Origin: Candidatus Aminicenantes bacterium
GTDB lineage: Bacteria > Acidobacteriota > Aminicenantia > Aminicenantales > JAFGBC01
Length of the DNA: 64,000 nucleotides
NCBI GenBank assembly: GCA_963702005.1
Contig: OY969696.1
Span: forward strand, 2,976,001-3,040,000
Reading direction: 5' to 3'
In this document: one piece after another, positions 42,287 through 51,249 of the stretch
How positions within the stretch are numbered: position 1 is the first letter of the stretch
How the letters are laid out: each line of letters begins with the position of its first letter
Position numbers and translations under genes: made by a program
The notes under the pieces: model-generated
Database searches by the model: none
Told to the model about the DNA's origin: nothing
The model's input: the letters and a program-made list of their open reading frames with translations, nothing else

Positions 42287-44100
42287 AGGAGGGGCTCGCC
42301 GGCCTTCGAGCCGGCGTTATCGTCCGGAAGCGGCCCTTTCTGCTGGAGGATGAAGCGTACCTTCTCCTCGAACTCGCGGGCTTGGACGGGCATGAAGACG
42401 ACCAGGTCGTAGCTCAGCGTGTCAAGACGGTCCTGGTCGATTTTTTCAAACTCCTTGCGGACCAGGACGATGCTCATTTGGGACCAACGGGGATCCGTCT
42501 TGATCTTTTCGCAGAGATCATAAGCGCCCGCCTTGGGGTTGTTGAGGTCCAGGATCACGGCGTCCGGCCGGAAACGGTCCATCTCGGCCGGAGCTTCCTC
42601 CCCTTCGTTGATGATGGAGAGCTCGAAATCCTTGTGCCCGAAAGCCATCCGGACGACCTTTTGAGTCAACCCGTTCGGCGTGACGAGAAGAAGCCTGTAA
42701 CGAGAGAGGAGAGTCGGCGTGGGCTCGGCAGCGGGCTCGAAGCTGGGCTCGGGGCCGGGCTCGGGAGTCCGACTCGGCGCGGGCTCGGACGGGAGCTCGA
42801 AATCCCATCGGAACTCGGGCTGGGAAAGAGGCTCCGGCTCGGGCGCCGGCCGGGCCGGCGGGGCGGGCCGCTTGGCCTCCAGGATCTCCAGAGCCGGGAA
42901 CGCGGTTCGCAGGGCCTCGGTTTTGCCCTCCGGGCGAGCCGGCTCCGCGACAGGCCGAGCCGTCTCCCGGACGGGGCCTCCGAACCAATCCGTCATGAGG
43001 CTGCCCAAGTCGTCGGCCGCATAGTGAGACCGGCCGTCTTCGTCCAGGAACCTCTCCAAGTCCTCCCTGAGGTCTTCGACCTTCTGGTGCCTGTTCCGGG
43101 GTTCGTACTCGAGGGCCTTGAGAATGGTCCTTTTCAGCGAATCGGGGGCTTCGAAACTCCGGGGGATGACCGGGATGACCTGACCGAGAAGGATCTTGCG
43201 GAACACGGCCGGATCCAATGTCTTGGGGAATATCGGTTGTCCGGTCGCCATTTCATACAGCAAGGAGCCGATCGCGTAGATGTCGGTACGGCCGTCGACC
43301 GGCTCGCCCCGAGCCTGCTGGGGAGAGAGGTAAGAGATCTTGTTGCGGAACGACGCGGGAACGGCCTGATAAAGCCTGAGGGCCGTCCGGAACAGGCTGA
43401 AATCCGTCAGCAGGACGTCCCCCTGAGGAGTCAGCAGGACGTTCGAGGGCGCGATGTTCCCATGAATGATGCCGAGCGGGATGCCGCCGGGTCCGGGAGT
43501 CGCGAAAGCCGACTCCAAAGCCAGGCAGACCTGGGTCCCGATATAGGCGAGCGCGGGAAATGGAATCTGGCGTTTGCGGGTCTTGGCGACGTTCAGGATC
43601 GCCCCGGCGTCCGTTCCTTCGATAAAATCGAAGACGAGAAAGCCGTACTCGTTGAGCTTCCCGAAGTCGAGCATGGGAACGATGTTGGGATGGGACAGCC
43701 TGGCCAGCAGCCTGGCTTCCTCGAGGAAGACGGCCATGACGTTCTCTTTCTTGAACTGGAGGCGGATCCGTTTGAGGACGCAGGGCCGTCCGTTCTGGCC
43801 TTCGGCCCGTTTGGCTTTGAAGGTTTCGGCCAAGCCGTCGTAGCCCAGCTTTTCGACCAGGATATAGCGGCCGAATTCGGGCAGGAACTCCGGCCCGCCA
43901 TCGAGCCCGTCCGGGGATCCCGGAGGCGAGGACCGGTTTCGCCCCTTCCGTTCCAGGTCCGAGAGGATGTCGGTCAGCTTGGACTCGATCTCATCGGAGA
44001 CGCCTTTGTCCTTCTTCCGGGAGACGTGCCCATCGCGGAGGACATCCGCCTTGAGCTCGTCGATGAGCTGATTCACCTTTTTGTCGATATCTTTCATCAT
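42283..44100 (-). CDS. Hanks-type Ser/Thr pseudokinase with Pro/Glu linker and C-terminal atypical receiver domain
   Basis: Kinase subdomains LGYDGLAETFKA, VLKR, HPNIV, HGNIAPSN, TDFS, YLSPQQ, TDIYAIG; C-terminal RPDAVILDLNNP...YDLCEKIK receiver fold. Confidence 0.85.
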   Translation of the reverse strand: MMKDIDKKVNQLIDELKADVLRDGHVSRKKDKGVSDEIESKLTDILSDLERKGRNRSSPPGSPDGLDGGPEFLPEFGRYILVEKLGYDGLAETFKAKRAEGQNGRPCVLKRIRLQFKKENVMAVFLEEARLLARLSHPNIVPMLDFGKLNEYGFLVFDFIEGTDAGAILNVAKTRKRQIPFPALAYIGTQVCLALESAFATPGPGGIPLGIIHGNIAPSNVLLTPQGDVLLTDFSLFRTALRLYQAVPASFRNKISYLSPQQARGEPVDGRTDIYAIGSLLYEMATGQPIFPKTLDPAVFRKILLGQVIPVIPRSFEAPDSLKRTILKALEYEPRNRHQKVEDLREDLERFLDEDGRSHYAADDLGSLMTDWFGGPVRETARPVAEPARPEGKTEALRTAFPALEILEAKRPAPPARPAPEPEPLSQPEFRWDFELPSEPAPSRTPEPGPEPSFEPAAEPTPTLLSRYRLLLVTPNGLTQKVVRMAFGHKDFELSIINEGEEAPAEMDRFRPDAVILDLNNPKAGAYDLCEKIKTDPRWSQMSIVLVRKEFEKIDQDRLDTLSYDLVVFMPVQAREFEEKVRFILQQKGPLPDDNAGSKAGEPLL

Positions 44101-44672
44101 GAGCCGCGCTTATCCATTTCGCGCCGGATCGCCTCCCCCACGATCCGCGTCAATTCGGGATAAAGACGCTCGAGGACGCGGGCGCTCAGCGACTCCAAGC
44201 CCTCCTCGGGCGGTCCTGAGACGGCGGCGGGCATGTCCGCCGGAGACGCGCTGGGGAGCGAAGCCGGCGGCCCCGCCTGGGGAACGGGCTGGCCTTCGGC
44301 CGGAATGGCGGGCGGGGGAGGAACCTCCGGCTCGATGCGGATGATATCGGATGCCGCCGACCGGGCCGCTCCGGCGCCGGGGGCGAGGACCATCAGGCAG
44401 AAATCCTGGGCGTTGGCCACGAAGAAGCTCAAGGTGATCCGGAGCTTCCGGTCCTCGGTCCGGAGCGAAACCTCCTTGATCTTCTCCAGCCCCAAGGTTT
44501 CTTGGACGCTGTGGATCGTCTGCTGGAGCGGGAAGGCGAAGGCGGACAGGACCTCGGGATCGTACATTTCCCCCCGGGCGTCGACGACCAGGCCGTCTCT
44601 GTCGACGACGACGGCCTGATGGAGCTTCCCGTCCCGAATCATGTCTTCGACCGTCTTGGAGATGAATTTCAC
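44097..44672 (-). CDS. Roadblock/LC7 domain protein with Pro-rich linker and helical C-terminal tail
   Basis: AVVVDRDGLVV roadblock hairpin; tail VLERLYPELTRIVGEAIRREMDK; 4-bp overlaps on both sides. Confidence 0.75.
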   Translation of the reverse strand: MKFISKTVEDMIRDGKLHQAVVVDRDGLVVDARGEMYDPEVLSAFAFPLQQTIHSVQETLGLEKIKEVSLRTEDRKLRITLSFFVANAQDFCLMVLAPGAGAARSAASDIIRIEPEVPPPPAIPAEGQPVPQAGPPASLPSASPADMPAAVSGPPEEGLESLSARVLERLYPELTRIVGEAIRREMDKRGS

Positions 44673-45247
44673 AGCCTCGCCTCCTGTTCCAGACGCTCCA
44701 GCAAACGCCGGACCATGACGATGAAGGACTCGCGGAGGTTGATCCCCTTGAGGGCGCTAACCTCGAAGGCCGGGTAGCCGTTGAGCCCGAGCAGCTTGCC
44801 CAGTTCGTCGGCCGGGTAAGTGTCCTCGAGGTCGATTTTATTGTAGAGGACGATGATCTCGGACTGGCGGAGCTTTTCGATGTTATCGAGGTAACGGTTG
44901 AATTCGACGACGAATTCCCGGTTGTGCTCGAGCTCCTTCTTCTGACAGTCGACGACGAAGAAGATGCCGTCGGCGTCCTCGAACAGCATCCGGCGCGTGC
45001 TGAGATAGTAGTCCTGGCCGGTGGCCGTGAACAGGCGGACGACGATGTAGGTGCTGATCTGGATCGGGGTGAAATCGAAAAGGAGGGTCTGGCCGAACGA
45101 GGTTTCGATGGACTTGATCTCGCTCGTCATCTTCATGTCCTTGGGGATGACGTTCTGGTACAGCCACCTCAGGCATGTCGTCTTCCCGGCCAAGGCCGTG
45201 CCGAAGAAGAGGATCTTGAAGTAGATCTTGCTGCCGTAGGTCTTCAC
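44669..45247 (-). CDS. MglA-family small Ras-like GTPase (192 aa)
   Basis: GTG start overlapping the upstream stop (GTGA); KILFFGTALAGKTT, TLLFDF, FTATGQ, DGIFFVVD, NKID, SAL. Confidence 0.9.
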   Translation of the reverse strand: MKTYGSKIYFKILFFGTALAGKTTCLRWLYQNVIPKDMKMTSEIKSIETSFGQTLLFDFTPIQISTYIVVRLFTATGQDYYLSTRRMLFEDADGIFFVVDCQKKELEHNREFVVEFNRYLDNIEKLRQSEIIVLYNKIDLEDTYPADELGKLLGLNGYPAFEVSALKGINLRESFIVMVRRLLERLEQEARL

Positions 45248-45702
45248 GAGCCTTCCTTCTCGAACCTGGACAGGATGTCGGCGATGCTCCGGCTGTCGGG
45301 AAGCCGGAACTTCATCTCCTTGACCATCTCCTCGCGGATTTCCATGGTGTCCTGCATGATCTTGGTGATGGCGTCGATGGCCCGCTTGGCCTCGAGCCGG
45401 ATCATCCCGATGTAGGCGTTCTTGCCGGCGATGATCGTCAGGAGACCCCGCGGCATCCGGTTCTGGCAAAGCTTGAGGTCCCCGTACTCGACGATGATGC
45501 TGTCGAGTTTTTGCATGAGCTCCGTTCCGACCTGGGCGTAGGAGTTGTAGCAGGCGGCCAATAGGGCCCCCAGGTCCTCCGATTTCATGTCGAACTGGCC
45601 GGCGACCTCTATCGGAATGCCGTCGATGTCGATCAGGATGACCCCGACGACCTCGGGCACGCGCTTCATGATCCCGTCGATGATTTCTTTGATGTTGGCC
45701 AT
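45244..45702 (-). CDS. Roadblock/LC7 (MglB/MglC-like) protein with C-terminal extension
   Basis: VVGVILIDIDGIPI, LGALLA, IIVEYG, GMIRLEAKRA. Confidence 0.9.
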   Translation of the reverse strand: MANIKEIIDGIMKRVPEVVGVILIDIDGIPIEVAGQFDMKSEDLGALLAACYNSYAQVGTELMQKLDSIIVEYGDLKLCQNRMPRGLLTIIAGKNAYIGMIRLEAKRAIDAITKIMQDTMEIREEMVKEMKFRLPDSRSIADILSRFEKEGS

Positions 45703-45720
45703 GATTCCTCTTTCCGCGCG

Positions 45721-46800
45721 TCAGGGGGCCGGAGCTTTCCCGGCGGTCTTCAACAACTGATCCAGCGATTCCTCGACTTTGAAGCGGACCATGAGCGGGT
45801 TGGGTCCGGCTTCCAGGACAAATCCAAAGACGATGGCGTGAACGCAGACAAGGATATTGACGTGTCTCGTGTTGATTTCGATGTACTTGAGGGGGCCTGA
45901 CCGTAGCGCCCCGCGCGGGATGCTCCCGACCGACTGGACGACGCGGAGGAAGTTTTGGGAGGGGAAGTTGATGTCCCGGTACTTCGCATAGCCGACCAGG
46001 TCCCCCCCGTCGAACAGGACAGCCAGGTAGAGCTCCTTGACGCTCGACATCTCCTTGAGAAACTCGACGATCTCGGGGACCGTTTCCCGGATATAGGGGG
46101 ATAGATTCATCCGCCGTTCCTTGGCCCCGATGGCCAGGATCTTGGCCAGGGTCCGCTCCCGGACGTTGAGCATCTCGGAGACATAGGACTGGGTCAGCGA
46201 GCCGGACGATTCGATCTCGTTGAGCATGGCCTGGAAGGCGAGGTGGACCTCGCTCTGCTTGAGCTGGACCTTGAACTCCTTGACCCCTTCGCTGTTGTCC
46301 CTCATCTCCTGGATGAGCCGCTGCTCAATGAAGAGATCCTCGGGAAGAGGGTCCAGGAAATACAGGGTCCCATCGGCGAAGGAAAAGACGTCCTTGACGC
46401 GGAGGGAGTCGTCCTCCCACTCCTCCCGGGTGTGGCTGGTCGTCGCCATCCAGCCGAGGGGAAGGACGGACAGGACGCTTTTCAGGATGGCGGGCTCGGC
46501 CGCGAAGTAGATGAGCTGAATCGGCGGAGCGCCCAACTCCTCTTCCGCGAAGGACAGCTCGAAAGCCTCCCGCTGGGCTTCCGGCTCCTTGGTCTCGATC
46601 AACTTGGCCCCCTTGATGTAGCGGGCGTCCTTGGGGATAGCGCCGCAGAGAACGAACGTCCGGTACTGGGGGATATTATACCTCCACAGCGATAAAAGGC
46701 TGTTGGCGGATTCGACGTTCGGGGCCTGGATGACGATCCGATTCCGATACCAGATGGCGGCCAGCAGGGCGGCTTCCCAATTCTCCTGGAGCTTGGTCAT
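45721..46800 (-). CDS. Hypothetical 359-aa protein: alpha/beta N-terminal domain, HTH-like segment, C-terminal roadblock-like domain
   Basis: ATGA-coupled ORF within the operon; C-terminal LYLAVLFDGGDLV...LKYIEINT...FGFVL...PLMVRFKVEESLDQL follows the roadblock pattern. Domain calls made by eye. Confidence 0.65.
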   Translation of the reverse strand: MTKLQENWEAALLAAIWYRNRIVIQAPNVESANSLLSLWRYNIPQYRTFVLCGAIPKDARYIKGAKLIETKEPEAQREAFELSFAEEELGAPPIQLIYFAAEPAILKSVLSVLPLGWMATTSHTREEWEDDSLRVKDVFSFADGTLYFLDPLPEDLFIEQRLIQEMRDNSEGVKEFKVQLKQSEVHLAFQAMLNEIESSGSLTQSYVSEMLNVRERTLAKILAIGAKERRMNLSPYIRETVPEIVEFLKEMSSVKELYLAVLFDGGDLVGYAKYRDINFPSQNFLRVVQSVGSIPRGALRSGPLKYIEINTRHVNILVCVHAIVFGFVLEAGPNPLMVRFKVEESLDQLLKTAGKAPAP

Positions 46801-47201
46801 GACCTTTCCTTCCCCGGCGCCGGGAGCATGAGGGCGTCGAAGATCTCCTCGAGGGCGGGCGTGACTTCCTTGATCAGGATCTTGGCCAGGCCGACGTTGA
46901 GCTTCTTCCGTCCCAGGAGAAGGACGTGAAAACCGCGGTCGGGATGCTTATGAATGAGGAGGATGCTTTCCTGCCATTCGACCTGCATCTGATTGAGGTC
47001 TGCGGCGCCGGCGCTGATCGCGACGGCATTGGCGGCATCGATGATATCGGCGATGGAGACCAGGACTTCGCTGGGCGGCGATCCTTCGAACTTCGAGAAG
47101 AGGAGCGTTCCGTCCGGGCCAAATAGGGCGAATCCCTCCTTGTCGGCCAGGTAAGAGAGACGCTCCAGGACGAAAGCCAGCTTGGGGCTTTGGATGATCA
47201 T
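46797..47201 (-). CDS. Roadblock/LC7-like protein
   Basis: GFALFGPDGTLL, LNQMQVEW, VLLLG, NVGLAKILIKEV. Confidence 0.8.
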   Translation of the reverse strand: MIIQSPKLAFVLERLSYLADKEGFALFGPDGTLLFSKFEGSPPSEVLVSIADIIDAANAVAISAGAADLNQMQVEWQESILLIHKHPDRGFHVLLLGRKKLNVGLAKILIKEVTPALEEIFDALMLPAPGKERS

Positions 47202-47684
47202 GGTTTGGTCCCGGCCGGTCCGGGAAGGCTCTTATGTCCCGTAATAATCACGATATCCGCCTTGAGCTCCGAGACTTCCATATCCTCCAGCCCGATCGTC
47301 CGGGAGGCGTCGAGAACGGTCCGGCAGCCTCTATCCCGGGCGAAGCCTAAAAGCGCCGGCGCATCGTTGACCGCTCCCGCTGCATTTGAAGCGTGATTGA
47401 GAACGGCCACCCGGGGAGTCCGCTTCTCGACGGCTTCCCGCCAGAAGATCCTCACGGACCCTGCCTTCGACGTTGCAGGGAACGATCTCCAGCTGAACGC
47501 CGTTCCCCGCGAACCGGTCAAGGGGCCTGAGGACCGAATTATGCTCCAAAGCCGTAGTCAAGACAAGGCCCTTCTCCGCCGCCACCTCCTCTGCCATGCC
47601 GGGGGGCTTGGGAAAAGACGTGGCGGCGTTATTCAGGTAGACGGGAGCGCGCTCGGGAACGGACTGAATCCCGTCCTCGCCCAA
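47198..47684 (-). pseudogene. Class V aminotransferase (cysteine desulfurase family) remnant
   Basis: YLNNAATSFPKPP joined almost directly to TTALEHNSVLRPL (internal deletion), then a frameshift, NHASN, LDAS, TGHKSLPGPAGT and a premature end. Confidence 0.85.
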
Positions 47685-47852
47685 CGCACGGCCTCCCTAA
47701 ACAAATAAAAAATAAATTTAAGTGCTCAGATCGTATCGTATTTATCCGCTCTGACGACGACGAATTCGCCGTAGGGATCACCCTTTTCGATGCCCTTGAC
47801 CTGCTTGGCCCGGAACGTGACAGCGGCCATTGTCCTTCTCATTTTGGGGGGA

Positions 47853-48224
47853 TCATCCCGTGAGGGCGTCCTCGAACTTGTCGACTATTTCAGGCAGGAT
47901 GACGTTGAGCAGGAGTCCGGTCGCGATCTTCTTGGTATCGACGAAAAGCCCCCACTGGTACCCGTCCATGGGGATGATCAGAAACATCTTCGAGTCCGCC
48001 AAATCAACGATGTAGTACCTGCCCAGGAGCGGGAAATTGCTCCCCTTCAAGGACTTCGTCAAAAAATTCGTGACCTGGTTGAAGAGGGCGCAGGCTTTGG
48101 GCTGGGAGTTGATTCCGTAAATGCTCTGCCCGTCCGCGGATGAATAGATATCCGTGGAGAGAATGCCGTCTCCCAGATCCTCCTTGAGCTTGTCGACCGC
48201 TTCTTTCATTTTCTTAATGTTCAT
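47853..48224 (-). CDS. Roadblock-like protein (123 aa)
   Basis: From ATG 48224: LKEDLGDGILSTDIYSSADGQSI...ACALFNQV...YYIVDL...GLLLNVILP, consistent with the roadblock alpha-beta2-alpha-beta3-alpha order. Confidence 0.7.
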   Translation of the reverse strand: MNIKKMKEAVDKLKEDLGDGILSTDIYSSADGQSIYGINSQPKACALFNQVTNFLTKSLKGSNFPLLGRYYIVDLADSKMFLIIPMDGYQWGLFVDTKKIATGLLLNVILPEIVDKFEDALTG

Positions 48225-48529
48225 AAGTTTCCACCCATATCTGTTCTCGGAAATCGCGCCTTGGACTTCGGAATTAGCGCTTCCTCGCCTTCGTTTCCAC
48301 CTCCTCAGCGCTGAAGTTCTTCGTTTCATCCATGAAAAAACGGCCTTTCATTGCTTCGCTCTTCTATTTTTGGGTCCCCGATCAAGGGGGTCAATCACCC
48401 CTCTCGGTGAATTCAGGGGTGAAATTCTCCTCTTTGCCGATGAGATTTCGACTCCGCCGGCATCCCCCTCCCTCCCCCGAACGTCTAACCCTTGGAAACC
48501 CGAAATCCGGGTTCGAGCCGGGTGCCTGA

Positions 48530-50270
48530 TCAAGCTTGGGGCCGGAGGCTGATGAAGGTCTGCTCCGGGCTTTCCTCGTACACGAGACCCGTCCTCGGAT
48601 AGAAGTAGAACCGGTTAGCGAGCCCCAACGCAAGGAGAAGGACGGCCATGACGGGGGAAAAAGACGGCGAAGCCCTGGGGATTGCGGAAAAGGGATGCCT
48701 CCAGCCGGGACACAAGAGAGACGAAGATCAGGAATCCTCCCAGGTAGACGAACCACAAGAACTGAAGGCGTTCCTTGCCCGGAAGCGAAGAACAGGCAAA
48801 GGGGATTTTCGGGAAGCGAAGGAAGAAAAGCCCCTCGAGAAAAACCGAGATCGACAGCCCGAACAGGGCGTGGAGAAGGGCGTTCGTCCAGCCCCAGCTG
48901 AACAAGGAGACGGCCCCCACGGCCAGAAACAGGGGAACCAGGCCCAGCCAAAAAACGGCTTTTTTGAGCCCGCTAAAATAGTGTCTGTGGACGGGGTGCT
49001 CGGTCAGTCGGAACACCCAAATCGCCTCGGGCGCGACTGGACTGGCCGTCAAGACCCTCAGTCCGGCCAAGAGAAATAAGGACATGATGATCGGGGCGGC
49101 CAGGAACGCTCCATGGGGAGGGCCCGGCGACCTCTCTTGGGTGCCGGCCCAGGAGATCAGGATGAGAACGAGGGCGACGGGCACGGACATCGTCGCCGCC
49201 GCCATCCACTTGTGACGCGGGCTCCGGGCCAGGGTCCGGCCGAAGAAAAAGAAGACGGCCCTTTCCACCGGATTCCTTAGGGCGATCGCGCTAAAGGCGC
49301 GTGCCAGCAGGCTCCTGACCCCCAAGAAGAGGGGCCGCCGCGTGGCGGCCTCCTGGGATTTGACGACTTGGCGGCGGTAGCCCGCCGCGAAGACCAAGGA
49401 GAACGCCCCCAGTCCGGCGGCCAAGGCCAGAGCTCCGTAGAACGCCAAGGCTCTGAAGACGGGGTCGGGGTTTCCGAGGAGCCGTTCGTAAAGGCCCGTA
49501 AACCACATGGGCGGGAAATAGAGGATGATCGTTGACTTCCGATCGGCGAGGCTGTTCAGGAACTCGAACATCCTGGGATTGCCTAGCGTGTCTGAGATGA
49601 GCGAGAGCAGAAATACGACGAAAAAGATCAGGAGCAGGAAGCGCAGGGTCATCGAGACCAAGCGGAAGAGCCCGGGGCCGAGGACGGCCATAAGGAATCC
49701 GACCAGGACCGCGAAGAAAAAGAAGGTGAAGATATTGGCGGCCAGGCTGCTCAGAAGGTGGACGAAGAACAGGCGCACCGTGAAGGCCATTCCGTGGGGC
49801 TGCCACTGGGGGAGGTAGATCGCGAAGGCGAAAACGGCCAGGGCGTTGGCGATGAGGGTGAACAGGCCGACCAGGAGGACGAACGAGGACAGCTTGGACC
49901 AGAACAGGGTCCAAGGGCGGACCGGGAGCGGCATCAAGTTCTGGAAGTCCTGGCGGCCCAGAAAGAGGATGTCCCATTCGACGACGACCAAGAACGCGGT
50001 CAAAACCATGAGCAAGCTCAGCAGATAGCACTTTTCGAGCCAGGATTGTCCGGCGTCGGGAACGAACATGTACTTGAAGAGGATGCTGTTGGCCGTATGC
50101 CCGACCAGGGCGGAGACGACGGCCGAGGCGGCGATCAGCTTGAGCTTCATCTCCTCCTCAAAACCGACGTCCTCGTTGAGGAAGAACCGCCTGAAGAAAT
50201 GCCGGGTCAGGACGACGAACGGCCGCAAGCCGGCCGGCGGAGAAGGCCATCGGAAGGGGAAGCGCGCCAT
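48530..50270 (-). CDS. ABC transporter permease-like membrane protein, frameshifted near the C-terminus
   Basis: Multi-TM ORF downstream of an ABC ATPase. One extra base in the T5C5 tract at 48653-48662 separates the last TM and the tail VMAVLLLALGLANRFYF...YEESPE. Confidence 0.75.
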
Positions 50271-50276
50271 GCCGCC

Positions 50277-51059
50277 TCAGGTCCGCATCATGGTCTCGGC
50301 GAGGCGCCGGGCGACGAGTTCGGTGTCCTCGTGGACGACGAGCTGGCTGAAGATCTCGGCGAGGCCGTTGAGGTTCATCAGCCGCCGCAGCCCTTCGACG
50401 GAATCGTCGGCGACGATCGACCCTTTGTGGATGATGATGACGCGGGAACAGATCTTTTCGGTGACTTCCAGGACGTGGGAGGAGTAGATGACGACCTTGC
50501 CCGCGGCGGCCAGCCGCTTGACGAGGTCCCGGACGACAAGGGCCGTCGTCACATCCAAGCCGGAGAGGGGCTCGTCGAAAAGAAGAACGTCGGGATCGTG
50601 GAGGAGGGCCGCCGAGATCAGGATTTTCTGCCTCATCCCCTTCGAGTAGGAAGCCAGAGAAGAGTGTTTGTCCTCGTCCAGGCCGAATAGCTCCAAGAAG
50701 CCGCGGACCTTGTCCCTCAGAACTGATTCGGGGATCATCCGCAGCCGCCCGACGAGGAAGAGGTAGTATTGTCCGCTCAGGTGCGGATACAGCTCGGACT
50801 GCTCGGGGACGTAGCCGATCCTTTTTTTGTAGGCGTACAGGTCGCGCCGGATGTCGCGCCCTCCGAACAGAATGGACCCCTCGCTGGGGTCGAGGAGACC
50901 CGCCAACATCTTGATCGTCGTCGTCTTGCCGGCGCCGTTCGGGCCGAGGTAGCCGATGACTTCCCCGGGCCGGGCCACGAAACTCACGGCGCGGACGACC
51001 GGAAAGACGTGATAGGTCTTGGTGATTTCCCTCAATTCGAGTGTGGCGTCAGTTCTCAT
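50277..51059 (-). CDS. ABC transporter ATP-binding protein
   Basis: GPNGAGKTT, YSKGMRQK, LLFDEPLSGLD, SSH; ATG 51059 preferred. Confidence 0.95.
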   Translation of the reverse strand: MRTDATLELREITKTYHVFPVVRAVSFVARPGEVIGYLGPNGAGKTTTIKMLAGLLDPSEGSILFGGRDIRRDLYAYKKRIGYVPEQSELYPHLSGQYYLFLVGRLRMIPESVLRDKVRGFLELFGLDEDKHSSLASYSKGMRQKILISAALLHDPDVLLFDEPLSGLDVTTALVVRDLVKRLAAAGKVVIYSSHVLEVTEKICSRVIIIHKGSIVADDSVEGLRRLMNLNGLAEIFSQLVVHEDTELVARRLAETMMRT

Positions 51060-51075
51060 TGTTGTTTCTTTCCTA

Positions 51076-51091
51076 AGCAAATTACATGCCA
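51076..51091 (-). promoter_or_regulatory. Candidate sigma54 promoter of the ABC transporter
   Basis: Minus-strand TGGCATGTAATTTGCT. Confidence 0.65.
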
Positions 51092-51249
51092 AGCCCGGCA
51101 GACTTAAAGCCGGGGCTTCGTTCATTCTCAATAAAAGCTCTGTAAAGTTATTTTACGGACTCAAAAAAAAGGCACCGCAGCATTGCTATTGTACGATCGC
51201 CCTGAATATGCTAAGTCTGAAGATCGAATCCCGGTCCGGAGGCTAATCG

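Noticed and set aside
42715-42870. Short GGGCTCGG tandem repeats
   Set aside because: They encode the Pro/Glu low-complexity linker of the pseudokinase.
45248-45469. 74-aa N-terminal extension of the GTPase in the ORF track
   Set aside because: It overlaps the upstream roadblock gene out of frame; GTG 45247 gives a normal-sized, translationally coupled GTPase.
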